Of a DNA stretch of 64,000 bases, positions 10,448 through 21,068 are shown one piece after another (position 1 is the first letter of the stretch; every line of letters starts with the position of its first letter). The notes under the pieces are model-generated. The model searched no databases. It was not told where the DNA came from and saw nothing but the letters and a program-made list of their open reading frames with translations. The stretch lies in NCBI GenBank assembly GCA_030697705.1, contig JAUYPE010000005.1, positions 602 to 64,601 on the forward strand, in the 5' to 3' direction. The translations under genes and the position numbers were made by a program. Origin of the DNA: a bacterium. Lineage in GTDB: Bacteria > Patescibacteriota > Minisyncoccia > Sungbacterales > HO2-52-23.

Positions 10448-12460
10448 ATGAAAATTACACCTTACGCTAAAAAGGACTTTCACTGGGCGCGATGGAAGCC
10501 GGAGGATATCCGTGCCGTCGTCCCCGCGATTCTTGCCGAAAAAAAACGCCGTTATGCTGAAATCAAAGCTATTCCCGATGCGGAACGGACATTTCAGAAT
10601 ACCGTTGCCGCTCTTGAGCGGGCGGGCTCGGATGTGAGCGACCGCATCCATTGCATTGATTTCTTGATGAATGTGAGTTCGGACGACGCGGTGCGCACCG
10701 CGGCGCATGAGGCGATCAATAAGCTTCGCGCAGAACTTATTGAGCTTGATTACGACAAAGGTATTTGGCGCGCGCTTGTCGCGTATGCAAAAAAACGGCG
10801 GGAGCGGCTTATCGGCGCGGATAAAAAACTTTTTCGCGACACCCTGCGCGACTATCGGCGCATGGGGTTCGTTTTGCCGCCGAAAAAATGCGCTCTCCTC
10901 AAAGAAAACACCAAAAAACTTGCTCAATGGGAAACGTCATTCCAAAAAAATATAAACGACCACTATGATGCGATGGCGCTCCCGCCCGCTGAAACGGACG
11001 GGCTTCCCGTCGCGTATCTTGCCGGACTCAAAAAAGATGCGCGAGGCAATTATCTTGTTTCGCTCGCCTATCCGGATTACTTTCCTTTTCTTCAAAACTC
11101 CCCGCACGAGAACCGACGGCGCGAGCTCATGGACAAATATCTGCATAAGGGCGGTGCGGCGAATATCAGGATTCTCAATAAAATGCTCGCCGTGCGGGAT
11201 AAAAATGCCAAACTGCTCGGCTACCAAAACCATGCGGCATTTCGGACGGAAATAAAAATGGCGAAAAAACCCGAAGCGGTTTTTTCTTTTTTGAACGGTC
11301 TTGTAAAAAAACTGGAAAAAGGAATGGTGCGGGAGCTCTCCGCGGTACGCGCACTGAAGCGCACGATGACAGGCGATTCGCGTGCAGCATTGTTCTACTA
11401 TGACATCGCGTCAAGCGCGGCATCGTACTACATGAACGAACTTAAAAAACAAACTCTCGCGCTTGATGACGAAGAGATTCGCGCCTATTTTCCTTTGAAC
11501 CGCGTTCTTGCCGGCATGTTCGGCATGTATGAAAGATTGCTTTCGGTGAAATTCATCCCGCTCTCCGGCTACCCACTTTGGCACAAAGACGCGATGCTTT
11601 ACGGCATACGCAATAAAAAGGAGAAGGGGAGTGGCATGTGCGCGTACTTCGCCATGGATATGTATCCGCGCGAAGGAAAGTATGGTCATGCCGCGGCATT
11701 TGAAATTTTCGGTGGCCGCGCAGAACAGAGCGGTAAAAATGAGAACTACCGCGCGCCATTTGCTGCACTTGTCTGTAATTTCCGCAAACCCACCAAACAG
11801 GCACCTTCGCTTTTGAGCCATAGCGAAGTAGAGACGCTTTTTCACGAGTTCGGTCACATTATGCATCAAACGCTGACGACCGCGCGCTGGGAATCGCAGT
11901 CCGGCTCCAACGCGGCGCAGGACTTCGTTGAAGCGCCCTCGCAGATGCTGGAGAATTGGGTGTGGGACGAGAGTATTCTTAGACGCCTCTCGGGACACTA
12001 TGAGAATAAAAATAGAAAGCTTCCCAAGCACCTTATCAAAAAACTTGCCATGGCAAAAAATTTCATGGCAAGCTACGATGCAACGCGCCAGTGCGCTCTT
12101 GCTTTGTTTGATATGCGCATTCATACCGAGCGCGTCAAAAAACCCGTTGCGGAACTATTCAGCGAAACCTTCCGCAAATTATTCGGTGCGGATATGCCGT
12201 ACGGTCATCTCTGGCCTGCGGGGTTCGGACACTTGGCGGGGTATGATGCCGGCTACTATGGGTATCTGTGGTCAAAAGTGTATGCGGCGGATATGTTCAC
12301 CCGCTTCGCCCGTACCGGATTATTAGACAAAAAAATGGGCATAGTGTACCGGAAAAATATTTTAGAGGTCGGGTCCAGCCGCGAAGAGCTTGCCTCCCTC
12401 ACCGCGTTCCTCGGCAGAAAACCCAATAATAAGGCATTTCTTAAAGCGCTGGGACTGTAA
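10448..12460 (+). CDS. M3 family Zn oligopeptidase (thimet/oligopeptidase A-like)
   Basis: HEFGH, DFVEAPSQMLENW, YDAGYYGYLWS. Confidence 0.95.
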   Translation: MKITPYAKKDFHWARWKPEDIRAVVPAILAEKKRRYAEIKAIPDAERTFQNTVAALERAGSDVSDRIHCIDFLMNVSSDDAVRTAAHEAINKLRAELIELDYDKGIWRALVAYAKKRRERLIGADKKLFRDTLRDYRRMGFVLPPKKCALLKENTKKLAQWETSFQKNINDHYDAMALPPAETDGLPVAYLAGLKKDARGNYLVSLAYPDYFPFLQNSPHENRRRELMDKYLHKGGAANIRILNKMLAVRDKNAKLLGYQNHAAFRTEIKMAKKPEAVFSFLNGLVKKLEKGMVRELSAVRALKRTMTGDSRAALFYYDIASSAASYYMNELKKQTLALDDEEIRAYFPLNRVLAGMFGMYERLLSVKFIPLSGYPLWHKDAMLYGIRNKKEKGSGMCAYFAMDMYPREGKYGHAAAFEIFGGRAEQSGKNENYRAPFAALVCNFRKPTKQAPSLLSHSEVETLFHEFGHIMHQTLTTARWESQSGSNAAQDFVEAPSQMLENWVWDESILRRLSGHYENKNRKLPKHLIKKLAMAKNFMASYDATRQCALALFDMRIHTERVKKPVAELFSETFRKLFGADMPYGHLWPAGFGHLAGYDAGYYGYLWSKVYAADMFTRFARTGLLDKKMGIVYRKNILEVGSSREELASLTAFLGRKPNNKAFLKALGL

Positions 12461-12476
12461 GATATGGTGAATAAAA

Positions 12477-12502
12477 AACCATCCTCATTAATGAGGATGG
12501 TT
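12477..12502 (-). terminator. Palindromic terminator
   Basis: AACCATCCTCATTAATGAGGATGGTT with a U-tract on the minus strand. Confidence 0.7.
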
Positions 12503-12862
12503 GAAATCTGTCTTCCTTTGCAGAATATTATTTTTTCTGGCGAGCAACCCGTCGCCATGCCAGCCGCTCTGCGTGATCCAAGCGATCAAGCAGAAAGGTG
12601 AGATAAAAAGGAGCGTTATAGGTAAAATCTATGTGAATATTCATGATGCCTTGACTGGGAGGATTATGCTTAAGATCCTCTTTGATCATCTCAAGGGTGG
12701 TACTTCGCCGTCGTCCAATAACCTCATGATTCATCTCCTTCTCGGCGACACTCTAGATTCAGAACTGTACGAAGCGTAGTAAAAAATGCCGATACTGTCA
12801 ATGCGTGCGGGTTGCAGATAGCGGAGCAAATGCCGTATGCTTGGGGTATCAATGGATTCCCT

Positions 12863-13177
12863 ATGGAAGCGCACAAGCCAAAAAAACTAGGAGAACTGCT
12901 GGCAACCGCGATCTGCGGGAACGGGATTTTGAGTTCAACGCTCTATGTCTCGGGGATTGCGATTATTTTTGCCGGTGTATGGGCGCCGCTCGTCATGCTC
13001 GTGGTCGCCGGCGTACTGTGGCTTTACAAAGTCGTGTATACCGAAGTGGTGGAAGCGTTACCGCTTAACGGTGGGGCGTACAATTGTCTCCTGAACGGTA
13101 CGTCAAAAACAATTGCCGCCGCCTACGGCACGCTTTATTTCGTCCGGAAGAAGATCAAAATCCGCCGTAACCGTTAG
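12863..13177 (+). pseudogene. Truncated APC-family amino-acid permease (N-terminal ~85 aa)
   Basis: LGELLATAICGNGILSS..EVVEALPLNGGAYNCLLN matches APC TM1-2, then the ORF ends far short of 10-12 TMs. Confidence 0.75.
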
Positions 13178-13204
13178 GAAAAAAATAGTGCAGAATAACC
13201 TCTT

Positions 13205-14059
13205 ATGTCGTTTTTTATCCCGCTTCTTTCAGCCATATTTCAGGCCGGATCGTTGACTCTGGACAAGATCATCCTTTCATTTCGCCGCATGGGTTGGCGA
13301 GAGTATGTGGGCGTGAGTTTCCCGCTCTCGTTTCTTGTTGTTTTTGCACTTTTTCTCATAGTTCGGCCGCCGCTCACCCTTGCGCTCTTCAGTGGTGGGC
13401 TGGTCTGGCTCCTTGTCGCCTCCATCCTGCTCGCGGCGGGGAGTAATCTCTTTTTTTATTATGCGCTGGATCGCGATCGGCTTGCAGAGCTTGGTATCGC
13501 AGGCCTGCTCAACCGCATTCCGATTATTCTTTTTTCAAGCATATTCTTTGCCGATGAACGACGGTTCGGTATTCTTATCCCCGCGCTTATCGCCAGTACA
13601 GCCATCATTTGGTCCCACTGGGAGCGACATCATCTTAAAATGGCGCGCGGGACGATTATCTTTATCTTGTGGTCATTTCTTGCCGGACCGCTTCTGGCAA
13701 TGACTTCCAAAAGCATCCTCATCGTCATGCATCCCATCAGTTATGACCTCATCCGCACGGGCACCCTGGCGGTTATTTTCGGTCTCGCCTTCTTCCGTCA
13801 TGCGCGGTCTATTCCCCGTGCCGCTGTCCCGCTGCTCCTTGCAACGAACACGCTTACCTCGCTCTCTAATATCCTTTTTTTCTTCAGCTACCAACTTTCC
13901 GGCATTGTCTATACCTCGCTCCTCTTCTCGTTCGAGCCGCTCCTGGTACACTTCAGTGCCGTTTTTTTTCTTAAAGAACGTCTGCACTGGAAAAAATCGA
14001 TTGCTTTCGCCGTTGTCCTCCTCTCCATTCTCGCCGCGCAGTTCTATGGCGCACGCTAG
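13205..14059 (+). CDS. DMT/EamA-family transporter
   Basis: 284 aa, about 10 TMs in two repeats, FFLKERL motif. Confidence 0.8.
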   Translation: MSFFIPLLSAIFQAGSLTLDKIILSFRRMGWREYVGVSFPLSFLVVFALFLIVRPPLTLALFSGGLVWLLVASILLAAGSNLFFYYALDRDRLAELGIAGLLNRIPIILFSSIFFADERRFGILIPALIASTAIIWSHWERHHLKMARGTIIFILWSFLAGPLLAMTSKSILIVMHPISYDLIRTGTLAVIFGLAFFRHARSIPRAAVPLLLATNTLTSLSNILFFFSYQLSGIVYTSLLFSFEPLLVHFSAVFFLKERLHWKKSIAFAVVLLSILAAQFYGAR

Positions 14060-14064
14060 ACTCT

Positions 14065-14150
14065 GGGGATAACTTAACTATCCCCCTTGTGGGGATAACT
14101 TAACTATCCCCCTTGTGGGGATAACTTAACTATCCCCCTTGTGGGGATAA
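14065..14150. repeat. Perfect 26-bp tandem repeat, 3.3 copies
   Basis: GGGGATAACTTAACTATCCCCCTTGT at 14065, 14091 and 14117, with a partial copy at 14143. Confidence 0.95.
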
Positions 14151-14192
14151 GTGGTGCGAGACAGTGTTTGTCGCGCATGGTATTATTACGGG

Positions 14193-14456
14193 ATGAAGCC
14201 CGTCACGCTGGAAGTCCTCGCCTCGCCCGGATGCCACACCTGCAAGGCGTTTGAAGAATTTTGGCACACGATAGAGAAAGAATGGCCGAATGTTTTATTC
14301 ACGCACATTGAGGTAACAACACCCGAGGGTGTTGCGATGGCGGGAAAGTATATGATCTTCACCTCGCCGGGCATTATCCTTAATGGCGAATTGTTCGCCG
14401 CTGGCGGATTTGATAAAGAAAAGTTTTTGGCAAAAATTAAAGAACTTTCGCAATGA
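14193..14456 (+). CDS. Thioredoxin/glutaredoxin-like protein
   Basis: SPGCHTC (CxxC) and cis-Pro motif TSPGIILNG. Confidence 0.85.
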   Translation: MKPVTLEVLASPGCHTCKAFEEFWHTIEKEWPNVLFTHIEVTTPEGVAMAGKYMIFTSPGIILNGELFAAGGFDKEKFLAKIKELSQ

Positions 14457-14857
14457 AACTATCCTCCGCACGACTTCCCGAATGGTCGCTTCGGCTCGGA
14501 CTTGCCGCTACCTACCTCTATTCCGGGCTTGATCTGGTGCGTCATCCTACGGCATGGTACTGGGCATTGCGACCCTTGCCTGATTTTTTTCAGAGTATCA
14601 TACATACGGTCGGGACGGATCGCTATTTGCGATTGCAAGGCGCGAGTGAACTTGTGTTTGCCGCTGTTTTTCTTGCGTGGTTCCTGCCTTTAAAAATTGT
14701 CCGCATTGTTGCCGCTCTTACCGCACTTGAAATGCTCGCCATTCTCCTTATGGTGGGCACAAACGGCGAGACATTCCGCGATATCGGGATTTTGGGCGCT
14801 GCCGCCGGTCTTTTTTTTCTCATAAAAAAAACTACCAATGCAATGCCCTCAATGTAA
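14453..14857 (+). CDS. DoxX-like membrane protein
   Basis: LRLGLA..YSG..HP..W and RDIGILG; 4 TMs. Confidence 0.7.
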   Translation: MKLSSARLPEWSLRLGLAATYLYSGLDLVRHPTAWYWALRPLPDFFQSIIHTVGTDRYLRLQGASELVFAAVFLAWFLPLKIVRIVAALTALEMLAILLMVGTNGETFRDIGILGAAAGLFFLIKKTTNAMPSM

Positions 14858-15377
14858 CCAACCGCTTGAAACGAAGCACCACCAGGAGCTGGATCTTCAT
14901 CACTGCATACAATGCGGGGGGTTGTGGTTTTCTCATAACGAACTGTCCGAGGCGATTGCGAAGGAGGATCCCGTTTTACAATGGATTGCGACGGATATTT
15001 TCAGTGATCCTCAACGCTTTCAGGGGACGGTAAGCTCGTGTCGGTGTCCTGTGGACAAACTGCCCCTTCGCACGCTAACCTATGACGGAACTTCGGTGAA
15101 GGTGGATGTCTGCGCGCTGTGCAAAGGAATATGGTTGGACAAGGGTGAGTTTGAGAGCATTCGTGCAAAATTAAAAGAGCGAATCGCCGCAGAAGACCTC
15201 CCGAGCTTCATACGTTACTTCGGCAAAGAGATGGCGGAGGTGGTAACCGGAGAGAAGGGGATAGGGGAGGAGTTGGCGGACATTGGTGCTGTAGGGAAAT
15301 TATTGGAATACCGTATTCTTGCCGAGTGGCCAATTCTTGAGGATATCCTCTTCGTCGTGGAAGAAAATATTGGTTAA
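14838..15377 (+). CDS. Tandem zf-TFIIB-like zinc-ribbon protein
   Basis: CPQC..CIQCGGLWF and CPVD..CALCKGIWLD. Confidence 0.8.
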   Translation: MQCPQCNQPLETKHHQELDLHHCIQCGGLWFSHNELSEAIAKEDPVLQWIATDIFSDPQRFQGTVSSCRCPVDKLPLRTLTYDGTSVKVDVCALCKGIWLDKGEFESIRAKLKERIAAEDLPSFIRYFGKEMAEVVTGEKGIGEELADIGAVGKLLEYRILAEWPILEDILFVVEENIG

Positions 15378-15414
15378 GTTAAGATGGCGTATAGCCACCG
15401 TACCTCAAAAAGCC

Positions 15415-17679
15415 ATGCCCGAACAAACACAAACTCCCGGAGCAAGGATCATACTTGCCGCGAGCGCGGTGGTGCTTCTTGCCGTCACGGTCATCGGGCT
15501 TGCATGGTTTTTTACGACGACGCTTGATGTGAATGATGCGGCGAGTGGACTTGAGCAGTCCGGTGCTACGATTGGATTGGGTTGGTTTATTTTTAGCTTT
15601 GCCGCAGGCCTCACGATGATCGTTTTGCCGTGTACACTTCCCCTTGCCTTCGTCATCGTCCCGCTCACGATGAGCAAGGGACCAAGAAAAGGTCTCGGTA
15701 TCGCGCTCTCTTTCGGTCTTGGTGTCGCCATCACCTTGAGCTTGTACGGCATTGCCGCCGCCACCATCGGTAAAGTCGCCATCGGCACACTGGGCGCCCC
15801 ACTAGAAGTCGTTAAAAACTGGCTCTACTTCGGTGCTGGTTCGTTTGCCTATCTCTTTGCGCTCGGCGGACTGGGGCTCATCAGCTTTCGCATGCCGAGC
15901 TACACTGGCTCGGCCCCCGCATTTATTCAGAAACAGCAGGATTATCTTAAAGCGCTTTTGCTCGGTCTTTTTCTCGGTAACGTCGGCGTGGGATGCCCGC
16001 ATCCGGCAACGCCGTTTATTCTGGGTCGCATCGCCGTCTCGGAAAGCATCACCTCCGGCTGGCTGCTTTTCTTCGTCCATGCCGTCGGACGCGTTATCCC
16101 GCTCTTGCTTCTCGCCGTGTTAGCACTTCTCGGCGTCAATGGCCTCTCGTGGCTCGTCACGCGCAAAGACAAGATAGAACGCGCCACGGGGTGGGGGATG
16201 GTCTTTGTCGCCGGATTTATTTTGATCCTTGGTCTCTTCAGCCATGACTGGTGGGTCAACTCCGGCCAACACACGCTCCTTGAGGAGATCACGCAAGAAC
16301 AATATTTCTTGGGAAAAATCATTAGGAACTTCAATTTCGCCGGTGTACCGCATCCGCATGGCATAGAAACGGGGACCGGTTTGTTCGGACTTCCTTTATG
16401 GCTTGGCAACTGGGCGCTTGCGGCGTTATGGATAGTGCCGTTGTGGTGGTATTATCAGCGCAAGAAAAAAACTATGGCGACGCTTTCTGAAGAAGATAAA
16501 AAATGCGAGGAGCGCATTTTGCCGTGGCGATTGTGGCTGAATGTATCACTCTCCGTGCTTATCGCCCTTGTCGTCATACGGGTTTTGCCGGATAGATTTT
16601 TGAATCAGTTTGGTTTTATAGACGCACCAATGGAGAATGTGCTCGTGCATGAAGACAAGCACGGGGAAGGTGGCGAACATAGTGCTGCTGTGTATCGCGA
16701 GGCAAAAGATGTGCAAATGGGATTAAGTTCTGATTGGTCTGATCTGACGTCCATTTTTGGACCCATTACGACCGGCTCCACTACGCCGCTCATATTTTTG
16801 ACGAGTGAGAAACCGGCTGGTGCGGTAATTTCATCCCCGGACTTAGAGAAAGAGCATACGAAGTATATGCATGTCATTGGTGTTCGTGATGATCTTAATG
16901 AATTTTTTCATGTTCATCCCGATGAAGATTATCCGGGAGAGTGGCTTGCGAGCCATATCTTTGCCAAACCCGGTCGCTACAAAATCTGGTCTGAAATAAG
17001 AAAAGACGGAACGAATTATGTATTTGGACAAGAGCCGATTGAGGTGACGGGCGAGGGCGATGTCGGGCAAGGTATTGAGCCGATATTTGTGAACACGACG
17101 ATTGCGGGAGATTATCTGGTTGAATTTCTTCACGATCCACTTATCGTGCAAAAACAAGAAGCGCATATTGGCTTTACTATTCGTGATGCGAAGGGAAGAG
17201 AGGTACCTCTTGAGCCGTATATTGCCGCCTCCATGCACTTGAATATCATCAAGAGCGACTGGAAGGAGGAGATTCATGTCCATCCTGAAGAAAATGGGCA
17301 CATGACGCAGAACTCCGGCTTGCCCACATTTATTTCGGTAGCCCTAGCCAATGCACAGGATGCGCATGATGATGATTCCTTTGATGATGATCACGAGGAT
17401 ATTCCTTTGCGCGAAAGCTCGGGTGCGGCGGAACAGGCGCAAGTCCATTTCACGGTGGCATTCCCCGAACCCGGTCTTTACAAGGCATTTGCACAGTTCC
17501 GTCCATCTGGGACAACTCTTTCTCCCGAGGAGGCGGTTGTCGCCAGTTTTTGGATCAAGGTGGAAGAAAAAGCCCCTTCCGCAAATCCTCGCGTTGTCCT
17601 TGCTCTTGCCTCGCTTGTCCTTATCGCATTGTTGTCCTGGGGTATAAAAAAATATCTGGAACCGACAAGTGCACCATGA
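15415..17679 (+). CDS. CcdA/DsbD-like membrane domain fused to His-rich extracytoplasmic metal-binding domains
   Basis: TM cysteines VLPCTLP and GVGCPHP; C-terminal half has MHVI..FFHVHP and MHLNII..IHVHP repeats and a terminal TM helix. Confidence 0.75.
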   Translation: MPEQTQTPGARIILAASAVVLLAVTVIGLAWFFTTTLDVNDAASGLEQSGATIGLGWFIFSFAAGLTMIVLPCTLPLAFVIVPLTMSKGPRKGLGIALSFGLGVAITLSLYGIAAATIGKVAIGTLGAPLEVVKNWLYFGAGSFAYLFALGGLGLISFRMPSYTGSAPAFIQKQQDYLKALLLGLFLGNVGVGCPHPATPFILGRIAVSESITSGWLLFFVHAVGRVIPLLLLAVLALLGVNGLSWLVTRKDKIERATGWGMVFVAGFILILGLFSHDWWVNSGQHTLLEEITQEQYFLGKIIRNFNFAGVPHPHGIETGTGLFGLPLWLGNWALAALWIVPLWWYYQRKKKTMATLSEEDKKCEERILPWRLWLNVSLSVLIALVVIRVLPDRFLNQFGFIDAPMENVLVHEDKHGEGGEHSAAVYREAKDVQMGLSSDWSDLTSIFGPITTGSTTPLIFLTSEKPAGAVISSPDLEKEHTKYMHVIGVRDDLNEFFHVHPDEDYPGEWLASHIFAKPGRYKIWSEIRKDGTNYVFGQEPIEVTGEGDVGQGIEPIFVNTTIAGDYLVEFLHDPLIVQKQEAHIGFTIRDAKGREVPLEPYIAASMHLNIIKSDWKEEIHVHPEENGHMTQNSGLPTFISVALANAQDAHDDDSFDDDHEDIPLRESSGAAEQAQVHFTVAFPEPGLYKAFAQFRPSGTTLSPEEAVVASFWIKVEEKAPSANPRVVLALASLVLIALLSWGIKKYLEPTSAP

Positions 17680-17691
17680 TCCTCCCTCTCT

Positions 17692-17790
17692 GTCATGCAG
17701 AGCGAAGCGACTGCCAGCAGGCGTCCCGTGAGGGAAGCATCCCGATACCTACAGGTATCTAACGGGATTCCTCGTTTCACTCGGAATGAC
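17692..17790. repeat. GTCAT..ATGAC REP/RPE-like palindrome with a nested module
   Basis: GTCATGCAGAGCGAAGCGA[CTGCCAGCAGGCGTCCCGTGAGGGA]AGCATCCCG...CGGGATTCCTCGTTTCACTCGGAATGAC. Confidence 0.8.
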
Positions 17791-17801
17791 GGGGGTTCTC
17801 T

Positions 17802-18239
17802 ATGAACAAATACATTATTCTCATCATCCTCGCCGTTGTTATTATAGGCGGAGGCATCGGCTACCGCGTCTATTTTTTGCCGGAAACATCGGTTCCCGTG
17901 ACGACAGGTAAGACCCGCGAGATTACGATTACCGCAAAAAGAGATGAGTGGCGTTTTGATCCTGAATTCGTGGAGGTTGACCGCGGCGACAAGGTAATCC
18001 TTCACATGGTGAATGAGGATGAGTACGACCACGGTATCGCGATTGACAAGTACGGCATCTCCCAGCGCATGCCGCCCAACGCCACCACGCATATTGAATT
18101 CGTCGCGACACAAGAAGGCGACTTTCCCCTTTACTGCTCGGTACCCTGCGGTGAGGGCGAGGTGGATGGAAAACATCGTGGGCATGTGGACATGGTGGGC
18201 AAGCTCCATGTCAGGAGTTTAATTTCCAACACACAATAA
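17802..18239 (+). CDS. Membrane-anchored cupredoxin-domain protein
   Basis: N-terminal TM, FDPEFVEV, HG, YCSVPCG...HVDM. Confidence 0.85.
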   Translation: MNKYIILIILAVVIIGGGIGYRVYFLPETSVPVTTGKTREITITAKRDEWRFDPEFVEVDRGDKVILHMVNEDEYDHGIAIDKYGISQRMPPNATTHIEFVATQEGDFPLYCSVPCGEGEVDGKHRGHVDMVGKLHVRSLISNTQ

Positions 18240-18251
18240 AATCAAGGCGCC

Positions 18252-18551
18252 ATGATTTCATTTCTGAAACCGAATTTTACGAAGATCATATTGTCCCTTG
18301 CACTTTTCTTATTCATTCTGCCGGGTTTTGAGACGATTTGCGTCGATTTTGAATTTGGCGGATATTGTAGTCCTACAGTAGTTCCTCTCGGTGGCACTTT
18401 CTTTCTCATAAAAGTTGTGGGCCAAGAATTATCATATTTGATAGCACAGAAATGGTTTATGCGAGACATCCTTTATTTCCCCGTTGCCTCATATTTTTTC
18501 TCATGTGTAATTGTTTTTGTTGTGCAGAGGATAAGCACAAGAAAAAAATAA
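18252..18551 (+). CDS. Small hypothetical membrane protein
   Basis: 99 aa, hydrophobic, within the operon. Confidence 0.6.
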   Translation: MISFLKPNFTKIILSLALFLFILPGFETICVDFEFGGYCSPTVVPLGGTFFLIKVVGQELSYLIAQKWFMRDILYFPVASYFFSCVIVFVVQRISTRKK

Positions 18552-18560
18552 TCTAAGTTT

Positions 18561-21059
18561 ATGACCAAACTCGTTCTTAAAGTAAAGGGGATGCACTGTG
18601 CCTCCTGCTCCACGCTTATTGATAAGCTGGTGGGGAGGGAGGCGGGTGTCGTCCAGATAAAAACAAACTACGGTGCGGAGAAAACCGCAATTGAGTTTGA
18701 TGAGACGAAAATTTCGCTTGAAAAAGTGGACGAGCTTTTGCATAAGCTCGGCTATGACTTGATCCGGCCGGATGAAAAGAGCTCCAGCGTGGAAGAGGAA
18801 GAAAAGAAAGAGGCGGCGCAGCTCGCCGCCGCGCGTCGTCGCGTCATCGCCAGTTTCGCGCTTGCCGCGCCCATTATCCTGTACTACATGCTCATCCACA
18901 TGTTCAATGTGTCGCATGTTCATGAGTTTTTCGATTTTCTCAATCAGAGACAGCCCATTTTTGTCGCCGGCGCTTCCGGTTTCGTCGCCTACGGCGCATT
19001 TTACACACAATATCTTTTCTGGATTATCGCCCAGCCCTTGCGGGTCATCGCAGGATTCTTTGTGGATGTTGCGAATCCGCCGTTTGAAATTGACCTCAAC
19101 TATATCTACTGGATTCTCTCCACGCCCATTCAATTCGTCATCGCCTGGCCCTTTTATCGCAACGCATTTACGGCGATCCGCGTCGGTTCGGCAAACATGG
19201 ATGTCCTCGTCGTTCTCGGGACCAGCGCGGCGTACTTTTACTCCATGGTGGGATTCCTGTTCTTTAATATAGACCATCCGTTTTGGGAGTCGTCAGCCGC
19301 GTTGTTGTCATTTATTCTTCTTGGTCGATATTTTGAACTCGTCTCTCGTGGGCGCGCCTCGGTGGCAATTAAAGAACTCTTGAAACTTGAAGCGAAAGAA
19401 GCGCATGTCATGCGTGACGGCGCGGAGATAACCGTACCTATTGATCAGATTAAAGCAGGGGAGACGGTTGTTGTGCGCCCCGGCGAGAAGATACCCGTTG
19501 ACGGCGTTATTCTTGAGGGCAAGACGCATTTGGATGAGAAGGTGGTTACCGGCGAGTCGTTTCCTGTTTCTAAAACCGTAGGCGATGAGGTCATCGGTGC
19601 GACGATTAATCAGGAAGGATTTTTGAAATTCAAAGCGACCAAGGTGGGGAAAGAGACGCTTCTATATCAAATTATTCAGATGGTAGAGGAGGCGCAGGCG
19701 ACGCGTGCGCCCATCCAGAATCTCGTAGACAAGATAAGCGAAATGTTCGTCCCCGCCGTTGTTATACTTTCCGTCATTACGTTCGTTATCTGGTTCTTCT
19801 TCCTTGCCTTTCCGTTTGAGGCATCGCTCCGTTTCATGATCGCGGTTCTCGTGATCTCCTGTCCGTGTGCCATGGGACTTGCCACGCCGACCGCGCTTAT
19901 TGTTGGCATTGGCCGAGCCGCAAAGTTCGGCATTATTTTGAAAGGCGGCGAGGCGCTGGAGAAGGCGTATAAAATCACCGCCATCGCGTTTGATAAAACA
20001 GGAACGCTCACCGAGGGTAAGCCCATCGTTACCGATTTCGTGCCTATCGGCAATTTCTTGCCGGAAAATCAAGTGCTTGCGCTCATCGCGGCGGCGGAAA
20101 AGGGTTCCGAGCATCCGCTCGCTCGTGCAATCATTGAGAAGGGGATGTCAGCGTCAAACAGCGCTCTTCCCGATGTGCAGAATTTTGAGGCCGTTGCGGG
20201 ACTCGGTATACAGGGCGCCGTTCTCGGGCATCAGATTGCTGTTGGCAACGCGGCATACATGCAGACGCTTGGCATTACCACCGACGAGCATGCCGCCGTT
20301 GTTAATAAACTTCAAAATGAGGCAAAAACGGTGGTGTATGCAGCGGCAAACCGCAAGCTCATTGCCCTCATCGCCATGCGTGATACGCTTAAGCCGTTTG
20401 CCCGCGAGGCAATCGTGGCACTCAAAAAAATCGGCAAGGAGATTATCATGATTACGGGAGACAATCCTAAAACAGCCGAAGCGATTAGTAAAGAAATAGG
20501 CATTGATCGCGTGCTCGCTCAAGTACTTCCCCAGCAAAAAGCCGAGGTCATCAAAAAACTCCAGAAAGAAGGCAAGGTCGTGGCAATGGTAGGGGATGGC
20601 ATCAACGACTCGCCCGCACTTGCGCAAGCGGATGTCGGCATCGCCGTCGGTTCGGGCACGGATGTGGCGGTGCAAACTGGTCAGATCGTCTTGGTCAAGG
20701 ACGACTTGCGGGATGTCGTGACCGCCATTCAACTCTCGGGCAAGACAATTACGAAGGTGTGGCAGAATCTCTTCTGGGCGTTTTTCTACAATGTCGTGGC
20801 AATTCCGATAGCGGGAGGGCTTCACTTCTTCATCACGCAAGCCGCTAGCGGCGCGCCCGCACACTGGGTCTTGAGTACGGTCGGGTTCTTTCAGAGTATC
20901 GGTCTCACCACGCTTGCCGCCATTTTCCTCAACTTCTCCCAAACCCCCCTGCGTCCCGAAATCGCCGGTTTCGCCATGGCATTCAGTTCCGTGTCGGTCG
21001 TCACCAACTCGCTGTTACTCCGAAGATACACGCCGCAAATGGAGAAAGGTAACCGGTAA
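18561..21059 (+). CDS. copA: Cu(I)-translocating P1B-type ATPase
   Basis: N-terminal GMHCASC, TGES, CPC, DKTGT, SEHP, GDGIND, YN and MAFSS motifs. Confidence 0.93.
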   Translation: MTKLVLKVKGMHCASCSTLIDKLVGREAGVVQIKTNYGAEKTAIEFDETKISLEKVDELLHKLGYDLIRPDEKSSSVEEEEKKEAAQLAAARRRVIASFALAAPIILYYMLIHMFNVSHVHEFFDFLNQRQPIFVAGASGFVAYGAFYTQYLFWIIAQPLRVIAGFFVDVANPPFEIDLNYIYWILSTPIQFVIAWPFYRNAFTAIRVGSANMDVLVVLGTSAAYFYSMVGFLFFNIDHPFWESSAALLSFILLGRYFELVSRGRASVAIKELLKLEAKEAHVMRDGAEITVPIDQIKAGETVVVRPGEKIPVDGVILEGKTHLDEKVVTGESFPVSKTVGDEVIGATINQEGFLKFKATKVGKETLLYQIIQMVEEAQATRAPIQNLVDKISEMFVPAVVILSVITFVIWFFFLAFPFEASLRFMIAVLVISCPCAMGLATPTALIVGIGRAAKFGIILKGGEALEKAYKITAIAFDKTGTLTEGKPIVTDFVPIGNFLPENQVLALIAAAEKGSEHPLARAIIEKGMSASNSALPDVQNFEAVAGLGIQGAVLGHQIAVGNAAYMQTLGITTDEHAAVVNKLQNEAKTVVYAAANRKLIALIAMRDTLKPFAREAIVALKKIGKEIIMITGDNPKTAEAISKEIGIDRVLAQVLPQQKAEVIKKLQKEGKVVAMVGDGINDSPALAQADVGIAVGSGTDVAVQTGQIVLVKDDLRDVVTAIQLSGKTITKVWQNLFWAFFYNVVAIPIAGGLHFFITQAASGAPAHWVLSTVGFFQSIGLTTLAAIFLNFSQTPLRPEIAGFAMAFSSVSVVTNSLLLRRYTPQMEKGNR

Positions 21060-21068
21060 AATTATACG

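Noticed and set aside
14065-14150. CRISPR array
   Set aside because: The palindromic repeats are head-to-tail with no spacers, and there are no cas genes nearby.
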